Assembly (NCBI GenBank): GCA_043809315.1
Contig: JAZDDX010000015.1
Coordinates: 21,481 to 85,480 of the forward strand
Source of the DNA: Pseudomonadota bacterium
Lineage (GTDB): Bacteria; Bdellovibrionota_G; JALEGL01; DATDPG01
Length of the DNA stretch: 64,000 nt
Direction of reading: 5' to 3'
Under the pieces are notes generated by a model. That model did not search any database and had not been told where the DNA came from. It worked only from the letters and a program-made list of their open reading frames with translations. Position numbers and translations under genes: made by a program. Positions 27,917 through 40,600 of the stretch are shown piece after piece. Numbering within the stretch: the stretch's first letter is position 1; the number at the start of each line of letters is the position of its first letter.

Positions 27917-28516
27917 ATGTCAATGGTGAAAAGAATCGCACCCCTCGCAGTTTGGTTGGTCCCGATCGGAGCCAGTCTTGCCGACGGCGGTTCCGTAACG
28001 ATCAAGCCATATGTGTCGGCCGCCACGAGGGGCGCAAATATGCAAGGCGTCCACACGTGCCAACGCGTGGAGGTCTGCAGTCCGGCCGAGCTCGGCGCGG
28101 ACGAGAAGAATGTCTATGTGATCTACTTCGGCTCGCCGGAGTCTCAATTCACGGATGGAATCGTGCTGAGGGAAAAAAAGAACGGAAAGCTTGAGGCCAC
28201 AAACCTCGCTCGAGGGAAGGACAATGTTTTTGAAGGTGTGTTTACGTGTGTTTGCAAGAACAGACCTAAGGTGAACGAGATCATCGGGGGGCAACAGATC
28301 GTCTCAGAGTGCGTTACAGAGAACTGCGATGGTTGGAGGATTAAGACCGTGATCGAAGTAAGAGAAGGGCTTATCACCGCCGTTCAAAATGAGGTGAAAT
28401 CGTTTTCTAAGTATGACAAAGCCATTTGCTACACGAAAGAGCCCGAGCCCATGGTCCGCCCCAGCTGGGGGATGACCTCATGCCCCGCGTATCGGCTTGA
28501 GGACTACCTGGACTGA
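27917..28516 (+). CDS. Hypothetical secreted Cys-containing protein
   Basis: RBS GGAGG, signal-peptide-like N-terminus (KRIAPLAVWLVPIGASLA), eight Cys; lower GC than flanks by eye. Confidence 0.6.
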   Translation: MSMVKRIAPLAVWLVPIGASLADGGSVTIKPYVSAATRGANMQGVHTCQRVEVCSPAELGADEKNVYVIYFGSPESQFTDGIVLREKKNGKLEATNLARGKDNVFEGVFTCVCKNRPKVNEIIGGQQIVSECVTENCDGWRIKTVIEVREGLITAVQNEVKSFSKYDKAICYTKEPEPMVRPSWGMTSCPAYRLEDYLD

Positions 28517-28527
28517 CCGGAGTCTGA

Positions 28528-30463
<1,936 letters not shown>

Positions 30464-30507
30464 CCCGGCCCCGGGACGTCTAGCGAAGAAGGACGGGGAA
30501 CGGTCGC

Positions 30508-31368
30508 TTAGGGAGTTGCTTTCCGGACTTTGCGGACCCGATCGAGTTCCTGGTGTCTCCGGGTCAATTCCTCGGTGGAAAGCACCAAACCGCCTTCGGC
30601 GACGGTAAGCGTTTTCCAAGCCGGGGCAAAAAATTCACCGACCCACAGATCGGGATCGATGCCATCCTGATGTGTGTCATAAACCTCGGCGAAAAGCTGG
30701 AGCCTCACATCAAAACTCTTCGGAAGATTCCGGACCGCTCCGGGGGTTTGTTCCGTCGGGAACTGAAGATCGTCAAGGAAGACGTTGATCTGTCCTTGGA
30801 GAGTGAGGAGAACAGAGGTGTCACAGTTGTCTGCATCATCGGACGACTGATCGGAGCTCCAATTCTGATCGGCATTGACCTTCCGACACACCGTAACCGC
30901 CGAGACCGTCGGAATTTCCCGGAACGGGGGCAGGGCGCGGTTGACGACCGCCGCGGTCTGCTGATTCGGATCGGAGAATAAGCTCACCGCTTCCGGTTCC
31001 GGGCGGTTCATGATCACGTAATCTCGCTTCGGTCTTGCTACAAGCTGGTTTCCCCCGCGCACGTGAATCATGATCTGATCGGATCCATCGACTTGAATAA
31101 GCTGTCGATCGACCTGGAAAGCTCTTGCCCCCAGATAGTTGATCAGGAACCGGTCGAGGTTGTCGCGCATCTCGTAATGCAACTTCACTTCGAACAGCGC
31201 GAGCCGGCCCGTTTCCAGATCTTCACGAGGGCGTGAGATCTTCGTCGCTTCGAGCTTGTAAATGTGGGTCCAGCTGGGGACGGGTGGAGTTCTTCCCTGT
31301 CCGTTTCCCGTGGCCGGCAGAGATAGGACGACAATTGTCGCTGCAATCCAAGAGGCAAAGATCTTCAC
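30508..31368 (-). CDS. Hypothetical exported protein
   Basis: RBS AAGGGAG then GTG; signal peptide MKIFASWIAATIVVLSLPA; the ORF-track extension overlaps the SDR gene. Confidence 0.65.
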   Translation of the reverse strand: MKIFASWIAATIVVLSLPATGNGQGRTPPVPSWTHIYKLEATKISRPREDLETGRLALFEVKLHYEMRDNLDRFLINYLGARAFQVDRQLIQVDGSDQIMIHVRGGNQLVARPKRDYVIMNRPEPEAVSLFSDPNQQTAAVVNRALPPFREIPTVSAVTVCRKVNADQNWSSDQSSDDADNCDTSVLLTLQGQINVFLDDLQFPTEQTPGAVRNLPKSFDVRLQLFAEVYDTHQDGIDPDLWVGEFFAPAWKTLTVAEGGLVLSTEELTRRHQELDRVRKVRKATP

Positions 31369-31473
31369 AAAGACTCCCTTCGCATGTGGGGCGTCGTATA
31401 ACGCAAACAATGACGCGTTGCAAGGGGTTAGATTCGGTTTGCACCGGAGGGGAGGGGACGTAAGATTCCGCCG

Positions 31474-32256
31474 ATGAAATCTCTGAAAGGCAGGATAGCG
31501 ATCGTGACCGGGGCTTCGAGCGGCTTTGGGGAGGCGATTGCGAAGCTTTTCGCGAAAGAGGGTGCGAATCTGGCGATCGGGGCGCGGCGGCGGGATCGCG
31601 TCGAACGGCTCGCGAAGGAGCTCGAAGCGGAGCACGGGACGAAGGTGTTCTTCTCGGACCTGGACGTTCGCGATCGGGCCAGCGTCAACTACTTCGTCGG
31701 CGGGACGCTCAAGGCGTTCGACAAAAGGATCGACATTCTCGTCAACAACGCCGGCCTGGCGGCCGGCAGACACCCTGTTGCGGAAGCCCTGGAGGCGGAT
31801 TGGGTCGAGATGATGGAGACCAACTTCCTCGGGATGTTTCACATGACCCAGGCGGTGCTGCCGACGATGACGTCACAGAAGAGCGGCCACATCGTGAACA
31901 TAGGGTCGATCGCCGGGCAGCTCGCGTACGACGGGGGGGCGGGGTATTGCGGCAGCAAATTCGCCGTCACGGCCTTTTCCCGTTCGCTCCGGCTCGAGAC
32001 GATCGAGGCGGGGATCAAGGTGAGCCTGATCGAACCGGGGCTGGCGGAGACGGAATTCAGCCTCGTCCGGTTCAAAGGGGACGAGGCCGCCGCGAAGAAG
32101 GTGTACGAAGGGATGACGCCGCTCACCGCGGAGGACGTGGCGGATGCCGTCCTTTATGTGGTCACGCGCCCCGCTCACGTGGTGATCGAGGAGCTTCTTC
32201 TTACCCCCCAAGCGCAAGGGGGCGTTCATAAGGTCCACCGCCGGTCGGAACGTTGA
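31474..32256 (+). CDS. Short-chain dehydrogenase/reductase (YdfG-like)
   Basis: TGASSGFG, NNAG, YCGSK, ETEFSLVRF. Confidence 0.93.
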   Translation: MKSLKGRIAIVTGASSGFGEAIAKLFAKEGANLAIGARRRDRVERLAKELEAEHGTKVFFSDLDVRDRASVNYFVGGTLKAFDKRIDILVNNAGLAAGRHPVAEALEADWVEMMETNFLGMFHMTQAVLPTMTSQKSGHIVNIGSIAGQLAYDGGAGYCGSKFAVTAFSRSLRLETIEAGIKVSLIEPGLAETEFSLVRFKGDEAAAKKVYEGMTPLTAEDVADAVLYVVTRPAHVVIEELLLTPQAQGGVHKVHRRSER

Positions 32257-33902
32257 TCGACCGGATTCGAAAACCGTATTGGACACTGGCCGCGTTTCTT
32301 TTCGGCGCGTTCCTTCTCTACGGCAACACGCTTCGGAACCCTTTTCTGAATCACGATGACTGGTGGATCGTTCACGCCGGGAAGATGCGGGAATGGCTCA
32401 CCCCGCACGGTCTTCTCCGGCTCGTGTTCGACCTCTCCTGGACCGCGAGGATGGAACATGGCGCGGAGTATCTGCCGCTTCGGGATCTCGTCACGGCGAT
32501 CGAAAACCTCCTCTTCGGGAACTCGCCGGTCGGGTATCACGTCGTTCAAATCCTCTTGTTCGGTCTCTCCTGCTGGCTTCTCTTCCGTCTGATCGAAACG
32601 TTGGGGGGCGGGATCCGAACGGCTTGGATCGCGGCGTTGCTGTTTCTGGCTCACCCGATCCATGTGGAGTCGGTCGCCTGGCTCTCGGGGCAGAAAGATC
32701 TCTTAAGTCTCCTGTTTCTCCTGGCCCTGTTCTTGGCCTACGCACGGGGACGAATCTGGCTTTCTTTGATCTTCTTTTGCCTCGCGCTGACATCCAAGTA
32801 TCAGGTCCTGGTTGCTCCTCTCTTGCTTCCCTTCATCGACCTTTCTCTCTCGCGGCAGGTCAGTGGGAAACGACTTGCTCCGTTCGTTGGGTTGGCTCTC
32901 GGCTCGTTCGTCGTCGCGAGTCTCGTCGGAGAGACGGTCAACTACGGGCATATCCGACTCGGCTCGAGTGCCTGGGCGGTCGTTCGGAATCTGCCGGTGG
33001 TTTTCGAAATTTCAATCCGGCGCCTGCTCGTTCCGACCGGTCTCCAGATCTATTATCCGTACGAACCGGCCGGCGGCTGGTTCGATTTTCGTGCGTGGGG
33101 TGGGATTCTCTTCTTTGCCCTTGGTACATCTCTTCTGATCCGGTTCCGGCGGAGCGCGCTCTCTGCCTTCGCCGCAACTCTGATCCTGGCTGGGTTGGCT
33201 CCCATGTTTCGTGCGCCGGAGATGCATTTCCTGGCAGATCGGTATCTTCTGATCCCGTCGATCGGAACGGCGATTCTCCTTGGAACCTGGCTCAGCAAAA
33301 TATCACGGCGGAATTGGTTGTGGGGAGGGTCGGGGGCACTCCTTTTGACGTATTCGGTGCTTACGGTTTTGCAGAATCAGGTCTGGCGGGATAGCCGCAC
33401 GCTCTGGGAACATGCCGCGTACGGGGAGAGGCCGGTTCACAAGATGGTCTGGCGGAACGTGGCGGTCGTGGCGCGGGACGACGGGGATTGGCAACGCTCG
33501 GCGGAGGGGTACCGGAACCTGCTCTCGATCTTGCCGCCACGCGATCCGTCGCGGGCGGATGCGCTCACCAATCTCGGGTTCGTGGAAATTCAAAGAGGGA
33601 ATCCAAGAGAGGCGGAAGGACCCCTTCGAAATGCCACGGAGCTGGATCCCAGATACACAAAAGGTTGGATGAACCTCGGTGTGGCACTGGCGATGCAGCG
33701 AAGGCTTGACGATGCACGATCCGTTTTCGAGGTGGCGCATCAACTCGACCCCGCGAATCCGGAAATTCTTTTCAACCTGGGGAGGCTCGCCGCGGATCAG
33801 AAGCGGCGAAGGGACGTCGAAGATGTCGTTGCGAAACTCCGAAAGCTGGGGGTGGGCGATCCGCGGCTACGGATGCTCGATGGTTGGCTAGGGTCTAACT
33901 AG
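32253..33902 (+). CDS. TMTC-like GT-C membrane glycosyltransferase with C-terminal TPRs
   Basis: F..DD motif after TM1, YLPL, HPIHVESVAWLSGQKDLL, ADRYLLIPS, WRDSRTLW, TPRs. Confidence 0.8.
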   Translation: MIDRIRKPYWTLAAFLFGAFLLYGNTLRNPFLNHDDWWIVHAGKMREWLTPHGLLRLVFDLSWTARMEHGAEYLPLRDLVTAIENLLFGNSPVGYHVVQILLFGLSCWLLFRLIETLGGGIRTAWIAALLFLAHPIHVESVAWLSGQKDLLSLLFLLALFLAYARGRIWLSLIFFCLALTSKYQVLVAPLLLPFIDLSLSRQVSGKRLAPFVGLALGSFVVASLVGETVNYGHIRLGSSAWAVVRNLPVVFEISIRRLLVPTGLQIYYPYEPAGGWFDFRAWGGILFFALGTSLLIRFRRSALSAFAATLILAGLAPMFRAPEMHFLADRYLLIPSIGTAILLGTWLSKISRRNWLWGGSGALLLTYSVLTVLQNQVWRDSRTLWEHAAYGERPVHKMVWRNVAVVARDDGDWQRSAEGYRNLLSILPPRDPSRADALTNLGFVEIQRGNPREAEGPLRNATELDPRYTKGWMNLGVALAMQRRLDDARSVFEVAHQLDPANPEILFNLGRLAADQKRRRDVEDVVAKLRKLGVGDPRLRMLDGWLGSN

Positions 33903-33926
33903 CTGTATTTACGCTTTAGTATCAAG

Positions 33927-33959
33927 TATAAATATATCACAAAACATGATATGTTTATA
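33927..33959. promoter_or_regulatory. 13-bp inverted repeat overlapping an extended -10 box (candidate autorepression operator)
   Basis: TATAAATATATCA-N7-TGATATGTTTATA (one mismatch); TGaTATGTT lies 6 nt before GTG 33962. Confidence 0.65.
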
Positions 33960-33961
33960 TT

Positions 33962-34735
33962 GTGTTCGAGACCCTGTTAACGGCGTCCCAGCGGCGACTG
34001 TTACCTCTTCTGATGAGGTCGGACCGGTCGTTTTCTGTATTTGATCTCGCGAAGCTCGCGGGAATGCCGTACTCGAGCACTCATTCGACTCTTCGTTCTC
34101 TCCGAAAGGCCGGCCTGGTTGTTGCGCAAGCGCACAGCAAACGACAACTTCACCGACTGAATCGATCGGAAGTCGAAGTTCAGGCCGTCCTGGGATTCCT
34201 TGAGGATGAGCTTCGCGCTCACGAGAAGCTTCCTAGGCCGGAGGTGGAAAATGTCACGACAGAGGAGGTCCGTTGGAATCTCGCCGGCCTGGGGGCGCCC
34301 CTTTTTGTCTCAGAGGAATCTAAGAGAGAACTCTCCGTCGAACAAACGGTTGCTTTGGCTTTGAGCTTGGCTCGAAAGGATCCGACCGTCGCACGAACCT
34401 TACCGCTAGCTTTTGCCAAATCATTTTCACGAATGGACTATCCAGTTCTTCGATATCTGGCGAAAGAGGCGGGGGAGCTGCAAACGCTAGGTTTTTTCTT
34501 GGATCTGACCGGCACGCTGGCCGGGAGAAAAAGTCTCAAGAAGGCCGCGCAAGAACTCATCGATCGACGCGTGAAATATTCAGAACCGTTCTTTCGAAAC
34601 GGATCTCCCAACAAATACGTGGCCGCGTTGGCCGATCGGCGGACACCTCCGCTGGCTCGTAAGTGGCATTTCACCATGAACATGGATATGGACGATTTTA
34701 GAACGTTCTTCCGGAAATTCGATCGTGACCATTAA
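33962..34735 (+). CDS. Winged-HTH protein with helical C-terminal domain (AbiEi antitoxin-like)
   Basis: SVFDLAKLAGMPYSSTHSTLRSLRKAGLV wHTH; C-terminal LGFFLD and ARKWHFTMN resemble AbiEi C-termini (inference). Confidence 0.6.
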   Translation: MFETLLTASQRRLLPLLMRSDRSFSVFDLAKLAGMPYSSTHSTLRSLRKAGLVVAQAHSKRQLHRLNRSEVEVQAVLGFLEDELRAHEKLPRPEVENVTTEEVRWNLAGLGAPLFVSEESKRELSVEQTVALALSLARKDPTVARTLPLAFAKSFSRMDYPVLRYLAKEAGELQTLGFFLDLTGTLAGRKSLKKAAQELIDRRVKYSEPFFRNGSPNKYVAALADRRTPPLARKWHFTMNMDMDDFRTFFRKFDRDH

Positions 34736-35732
34736 GCGATACAATCGTGGTGACACATCCGAAATGGGGCCATGGAAACGGTTGGGCGCGGTGCGGTGGG
34801 AGGGGTGGTTTCGGCCACTTCTCGCATACCGGGGTGAGAACCCGGATCGTTGGCCTGTTTGGGGTACGGAATTTCCTTCTGGGACGTATCTGGGGCATTG
34901 GTGCGCCCATCAACGACGTCAGGAGGCCCGGGGCATTCTTTATTTGGATCGGAAACGTCGACTTCTCAAAATTGGTTTTCCTTTGGAGCAACCAAGGCTC
35001 GATTGGGAAGAATTGTGCCGACGGTTACGCACCCTTTTTCAAAAGAACCACAAATCTTCGCAAAAGCGAACGCCCCACAATGCTGAGGAATTGGCGCTTG
35101 CCATGTGGTGGTTAAGAGCTCAAAAGAGGGGTGCATCGTTCAAGAACGGGCGACCGTCCGACCGGCAGAAGCAATACGGGAGGCTCCTTCGTGACATCCC
35201 TCAGAGCTATCGCCACCAGAGATGGCTGATACGGTTCATTGAGCTCTGTGAATATCGAGTGCGACATTATCATTCCTGGCCGAGTCAAAAAAAAGAACGC
35301 GGCCTGAATCGCGGCTTGGCAATCTGGTGTATGAACCAAAGGTACCGGTATTCGCCCGGCAAAATGAGTGTCGAGCGGACCACCCTGCTGAATGAATTGG
35401 GCTTTCCGTGGAGAATAACGGAAACGATGGATCAGAGGCAGGTGAAGCATCTCAAGCGGTTTCGTGCATTACACCCGAAACAGTGGCCATCCGAAGAAAC
35501 GTTCTTCCCGACCCGAAATCCCTTGGGACGTTGGTGCAAGAATCAATGCAGGAATCTCGAGCGGGGGACCATCGCTCCGGACGTAAAATCGCAACTCGAC
35601 GAGATTGTTTTCCCCTGGCGTGTAACGAAAACGCGGAAACGGCTGTTGCGGGGAAAATCCTACGTCCAGCGTGCTTACGAAGTACTGGCAATCAATGAAA
35701 CGGTCGGGCGGCCCGCTCCCAAGTTTCCCTAG
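34725..35732 (+). CDS. Stand-alone helicase-associated (HA) repeat protein
   Basis: Three clear and one degenerate repeat: LGHWCAHQR..LLKIGFP, LAIWCMNQR..LNELGFPW, LGRWCKNQC..LDEIVFPW; no helicase motifs. Confidence 0.75.
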   Translation: MTIKRYNRGDTSEMGPWKRLGAVRWEGWFRPLLAYRGENPDRWPVWGTEFPSGTYLGHWCAHQRRQEARGILYLDRKRRLLKIGFPLEQPRLDWEELCRRLRTLFQKNHKSSQKRTPHNAEELALAMWWLRAQKRGASFKNGRPSDRQKQYGRLLRDIPQSYRHQRWLIRFIELCEYRVRHYHSWPSQKKERGLNRGLAIWCMNQRYRYSPGKMSVERTTLLNELGFPWRITETMDQRQVKHLKRFRALHPKQWPSEETFFPTRNPLGRWCKNQCRNLERGTIAPDVKSQLDEIVFPWRVTKTRKRLLRGKSYVQRAYEVLAINETVGRPAPKFP

Positions 35733-35795
35733 CCATCTTTCGGAGGTTCCGGACAAATTGACACTTAGGGACCCGTGTTTCATGTTGGAGATCGA

Positions 35796-37535
35796 ATGAA
35801 GCGCGCGTCCAATCTAATTGCAGCGGTCGGCCTGGCGGTTGGTCTCGCGATTCTAGCAGCGGGGTGCCAGAGACGGGGAGGGGAAGAAGCCAATCCGACG
35901 AAAACGTTAAATGCCGCATTGAACGCGGAGATCAAAGGGTTTGATCCCGCCCTGGCGAACGACATTTATACCTCGATTGCTCTCGAGCAGGTTTACGAGA
36001 CGTTGCTCGATTACGATTATTTGAAACGGCCCTTCGAACTGGAACCCCTCCTCGCATCAAAGATGCCGGAGATTTCGAAAGATGGTCTTACGTACACAGT
36101 CCACTTGCGCGATGACGTATTCTTTCACGACGATCCGGTCTTTGGAGGAAGACCGCGGCGCCTGCTTGCTTCAGATGTTATATTCAGCTTGAAGCGGGTC
36201 GCCGATCCTCACCTTCAATCGCCCAACTGGTGGATGCTGGAGGGGCGAGTCCAGGGGCTGGATGCATTTCGAAAAGCGATTGAAAACACTCAAGGCGTCG
36301 GGGACTACGCGACCTTCCCGATTTCCGGGATGACTGCGCCAGACGATCGAACGGTTGTGTTCCGTCTCACCAAGCCGTATCGCCAGTTTCTCTATGTTCT
36401 TGCTACGTCGACGACTATGGTCGTGGCGCCGGAGGTCGTTCGTGGGTACGGAATAGAGTTTCTCAATCATCCGGTGGGAACCGGACCCTTTGTCTTGAGG
36501 GATTGGGTTCGAGGTCAACGGATCCGCTTCGAGCGGAACGATCGGTACTGGGACAAACCCTATCCATTGCTGGATGGGGTTGTTTTGTGGACGTACATCG
36601 AGACGCAACCTCGTTGGCTGAATTTCCTGAAGGGGAATCTTGACTTCGTTGAAATCCCCAAAGAGGGGTTCGACCAGGTTTTCGACTCCAATTTCGGGCT
36701 CCGAGCAGAGATGAAGAGCAAACAGATAACGGTGGATCGTTCGGAGGAACCAATTCTTCTCTACGGCTTTTTTAACATGTCGGATCCGGTGATCGGGAAG
36801 AACCGATGGCTTCGAAAAGCGATTAGCGCGGCAGTTGATCGCGAAACGAAGATACGTCTTTTCTATAATGGGCGCGCCCTCGTTGCGAACGACCCGATCC
36901 CGCCGTCCATCTTCGGCCATAACACGTCCGAACCGGATCCGAACGGCTTCAGCGTTGCCAAGGCCCGGGAATGGGCAATCAAAGCCAAGGAAGAGTATTC
37001 GAAAGCTCACGGCGGCAAGGAATTACCACCACTGAGTTTCGATGTGATCAATAACACAAGTTACAAGCAACAGGCGGATCTCCTTGCACAGAATCTGGCT
37101 GCCGTTGGTCTAAGAATGAATATTCAAACCTACACGTTCGCCCAGATTAAACAGCGGATGAACAAGCTGGAAACTCAGTTTGCGATTCTGTCGTGGACGG
37201 CGGATTACCCGGACGCGGAAAACTTCTTGCAGCTCCTTTATGGACAAAACTGTTCCCCTGGAGCGAATCACGCCAATTTCAAGAACCCCAAGTACGACAA
37301 ACTTTACGAGAAGATGAAGGATCTACCGAACAGGGTAGAGCGCCAACGAATCATCAACGAAATGGTGAAGATCATCCATGAGGAGGTCCCGTGGGTGCTG
37401 ATTCTTTATGAGGTCAATACCCCTGCTCAACATGCCTGGTTGAAGAACTACAAACGTCACCCCCTGAGGGAAGGGGCGTTTAAGTTCCTGGATATCGACC
37501 TTGCCGAGAAGGACGAGGTTCATTCGAAGCTTTGA
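35796..37535 (+). CDS. ABC transporter substrate-binding lipoprotein, family 5 (Opp/Dpp-like)
   Basis: LAAG-C lipobox, FDP, YETLL.Y, YTVHLR.DV.FHD, PVGTGPF, WTADYPDAENFL. Confidence 0.9.
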   Translation: MKRASNLIAAVGLAVGLAILAAGCQRRGGEEANPTKTLNAALNAEIKGFDPALANDIYTSIALEQVYETLLDYDYLKRPFELEPLLASKMPEISKDGLTYTVHLRDDVFFHDDPVFGGRPRRLLASDVIFSLKRVADPHLQSPNWWMLEGRVQGLDAFRKAIENTQGVGDYATFPISGMTAPDDRTVVFRLTKPYRQFLYVLATSTTMVVAPEVVRGYGIEFLNHPVGTGPFVLRDWVRGQRIRFERNDRYWDKPYPLLDGVVLWTYIETQPRWLNFLKGNLDFVEIPKEGFDQVFDSNFGLRAEMKSKQITVDRSEEPILLYGFFNMSDPVIGKNRWLRKAISAAVDRETKIRLFYNGRALVANDPIPPSIFGHNTSEPDPNGFSVAKAREWAIKAKEEYSKAHGGKELPPLSFDVINNTSYKQQADLLAQNLAAVGLRMNIQTYTFAQIKQRMNKLETQFAILSWTADYPDAENFLQLLYGQNCSPGANHANFKNPKYDKLYEKMKDLPNRVERQRIINEMVKIIHEEVPWVLILYEVNTPAQHAWLKNYKRHPLREGAFKFLDIDLAEKDEVHSKL

Positions 37536-37601
37536 CGGGGGCCGGCCTGACCCGTCTGGAAAAATAGACATTTTCTACCCCCTGTTCCATCTTCACGGAC
37601 G

Positions 37602-40600
37602 ATGGAGCGCAAACGCCTATTCGTGGTGGGCGTGGACGGGGAGCCGGAGCAGGAGGGGATCCCGAGAGACGTTTTCTGGGTTCCGGCTGGGTCCAAGGGG
37701 GGCGTGTTCGTCTTTGGGGCCAAAGAGAGGTCCGAAGACGATGCCGAGCGGGCACTTCACTTCACCCTCCAGTTCTGCGACTCGCCGCATCGCACGATTG
37801 TCAAATACGTTCCCGTGGAGATTTCAGGGGAAAGGGTCTCGATCGGCTGGGAGAACGAGATCGTCCCGGAACTCAAGCGTATTGCTCGAGGTGAAGTTTC
37901 CGTCTCCTCCGAGTTGGCACAGATCTTTGAGCGACTTTTCATCTTCGAGCGGGTTGACGAAGAGAAAGCTGAGCTGTTCCTTCTTCGCGGCGATCGCCGG
38001 AGACCGACCCGGACACGAGGTCTATCATCGAAATACAGTCGCCTGATCGGAAGAAAGACAGAGTTGGAACGACTTGCGGAACTCGTTCAACAGATTCAGG
38101 AAGATCAAGGCCAGGTTGTCGCACTGGTTGGCGCTCCCGGAATCGGGAAGACGCGCCTCAAGGTCGAGTTCAAAGAGCTGATGCAGCAGAAGAAGGTCGA
38201 GTTCTTCGAGGGGGTCCATCAATTCCGGATACCGGAGCCGTACCAGGGATTTCGGCAAATCATCACGGCCCTTCTCGATGCGCACGGGACGCGGCTGGAT
38301 GGTTTGGGTCTTTCAATCGCGGAGTTTGACTACATCGAGTACCTGACGAAACCCGAGCGGCTTCCCCCCGGCTTAACAGGACTCACGGAGGAAGATCTTC
38401 GGAAAGGTCTCTTTTTCGCGGTTCGGAAGCTTCTGCATGCAGTCGGAAAGAAACCGCTTGTTCTCTTGTTTGAGGATCTACATTGGGCCGATCCGGCGAC
38501 GTGCGATCTTCTAGAATATCTGATGGAGGGTGTCGAACAGACCAAACTATTGCTGGTCTTAATTCATCGACCGGAAGTGAAGAGGGAGTGGACCAAGAGG
38601 CTCAACTACACGGAGATCGAGATTCTTCCGTTTGTCGCGAAGGAGCTGGAGGCGTTTGTCAAAGAGGCCGCTAGTGTCGATCTGGTTCCGGGGACGTTGA
38701 TTTCGATGCTTCAGTCGGTATCGCTTGGAAATCCGCTGTTTGTGGAAGAAGTGTTGCGGCATTTGATGGAGTCGAAACGACTGGAGGTCGAAACGCTTTC
38801 AAGTCGGGAAAAGCTTTTGGCTGAGCGCGGATTGGATTTGTCCCGGGTTCCCAGCACGATTCATTCTTTGATCGCCTCCCGATTTGACAGGCTTCCGACC
38901 AATTTGAGAGAGGCTCTTCGTTGGGCGGCCGTCTTGGGGGTCATGTTTGACTACGAGGAGTACGTCGGAATCTTAACGGCAGAGCTCGGCGCTGACGCCG
39001 CCAAGGAGATATCGAAGCTGGTGGAACTTCGATACATGGATGAGAAAGCCGCGTTTCCGTCGCACCAGTACCAATTTACGCACGACCTGATTCACAATGT
39101 CGTTCTGGAAAATATCCCCGAGCAGGAGGCGAAGATCCTCCACCGAAAGATTGGCGAATTCTTGCGCCAAATGCACCAGGCCCCTGGATTCGAAATCCTT
39201 TTGCGGATTGCCGAACATTGTTTGCGTGGTGAGGATTCGAAGTTGGCTGTGGAGACCGCAGTTCGCGCAGGAGAGGCGGCCCTTGCCCTCTATCGTTTTC
39301 CTCAGGCCGAGCATCTTCTTTCCGAAGCGCTCAAGAGATGGAAAGAAACGAACCTTCCCGAAGTCTCTGTTCATTCGATCTATCTCCCGTTAGTTCAGGT
39401 GCTCCTCGAGACAGCCGACTTCGAAACGACAGAGAAGCTGTTGGAGGAGTGGAATACCCACAACGCGAGTGCCAGTTTGGAGGTGACGGCGGAGTATTGG
39501 ACTTGTGTGATGCGATTGCACGTGGCCCAATTGAAGCATGAGGAGGCCGTCGCGGCATCGGAGAAAGCCTTGGAAGTGTTGGATCAGTTGGGGGAGCGGG
39601 GTGAGAGGCGATATCGAATCGTCGAGAATCGATTGGGAGAACTGTACTCAGTCGCAAGAACTCGAGAAGCCGTTGAGGAGGGCAAGAAGGCGCTCGTGGA
39701 AATGGGCGACAGATGTTCCGGCGTTCGTCTGGGCATCGTAGGTCGGCTGGCAACATTTGCGGCTCGCGAAGGAAACGCATCTGTGGCTTTGGGACATTTG
39801 AAGGGAGCTGAAGATCTCTTGTCCCCCTCCATGTCTCCAATGGTTCGAAGTCAGTATAAGGTTCGGGCAAGTGCGGTCTATGAATATCTCGGGATGAGCG
39901 GTGAGGAGCGGCGCGTGCTCGACGACGCCGTTGAGATTTCCAAGGAAGCAGGACTTCGCGGCCTCTACGTTCAGGCACTTTCGCATCGAGGATCTGCGGC
40001 AAATGGCTGGGGGGACTATGTCGTCTCTTTTCGAGACCTTGAGGAAGCGTTGGTCGAAGCCCGGCGGATGAAGAGCCGTGGCATAGCGGAGTACTCGCTG
40101 TTCTGTATCGTGGACAACCTCCTTGATGTTGGGGCGCTCGAGCTTGCCCAAATAAGGTGGAAAGAATTCAAGGCAGAGTATCCCGATCCGACGGAACTTC
40201 GGCAAAAGGGACGAAGATTTGCGCTCGAAGCATCGCTCGCTGAGGCATTAGGACAGCACGAAGAAGCCTGCAGATGGAGAGAACAAGCGGGAAAGATCTT
40301 CGGAGAGATGGGGGACGCGGCATTTGAATTGCGATGTCGATTCCAGATTCTCTTATATCAAACGTTGGGTCACTTGCGTCCCATCGATGCAATCGTGGCT
40401 GACTTCAATCTTCTCGCCAAATCCGCAGCCGAAGTGAAGACACCGACCACACATTTTGCTCGGAGACATGCGGCGTACTGGCTGGCAGCGCACGGCGGAC
40501 ACCCGGATCCTCGACCTGAAGAAGATTTCGATACGCTATCGTGCCCAGTCGCTTATTATCTTCAGTATATAACGGTAGCTAAGATTTCTTGGCTGAATTC

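Noticed and set aside
30508-31842. 444-aa version of the hypothetical ORF
   Set aside because: Its 5' part is antisense to the SDR gene; RBS and signal peptide support GTG 31368.
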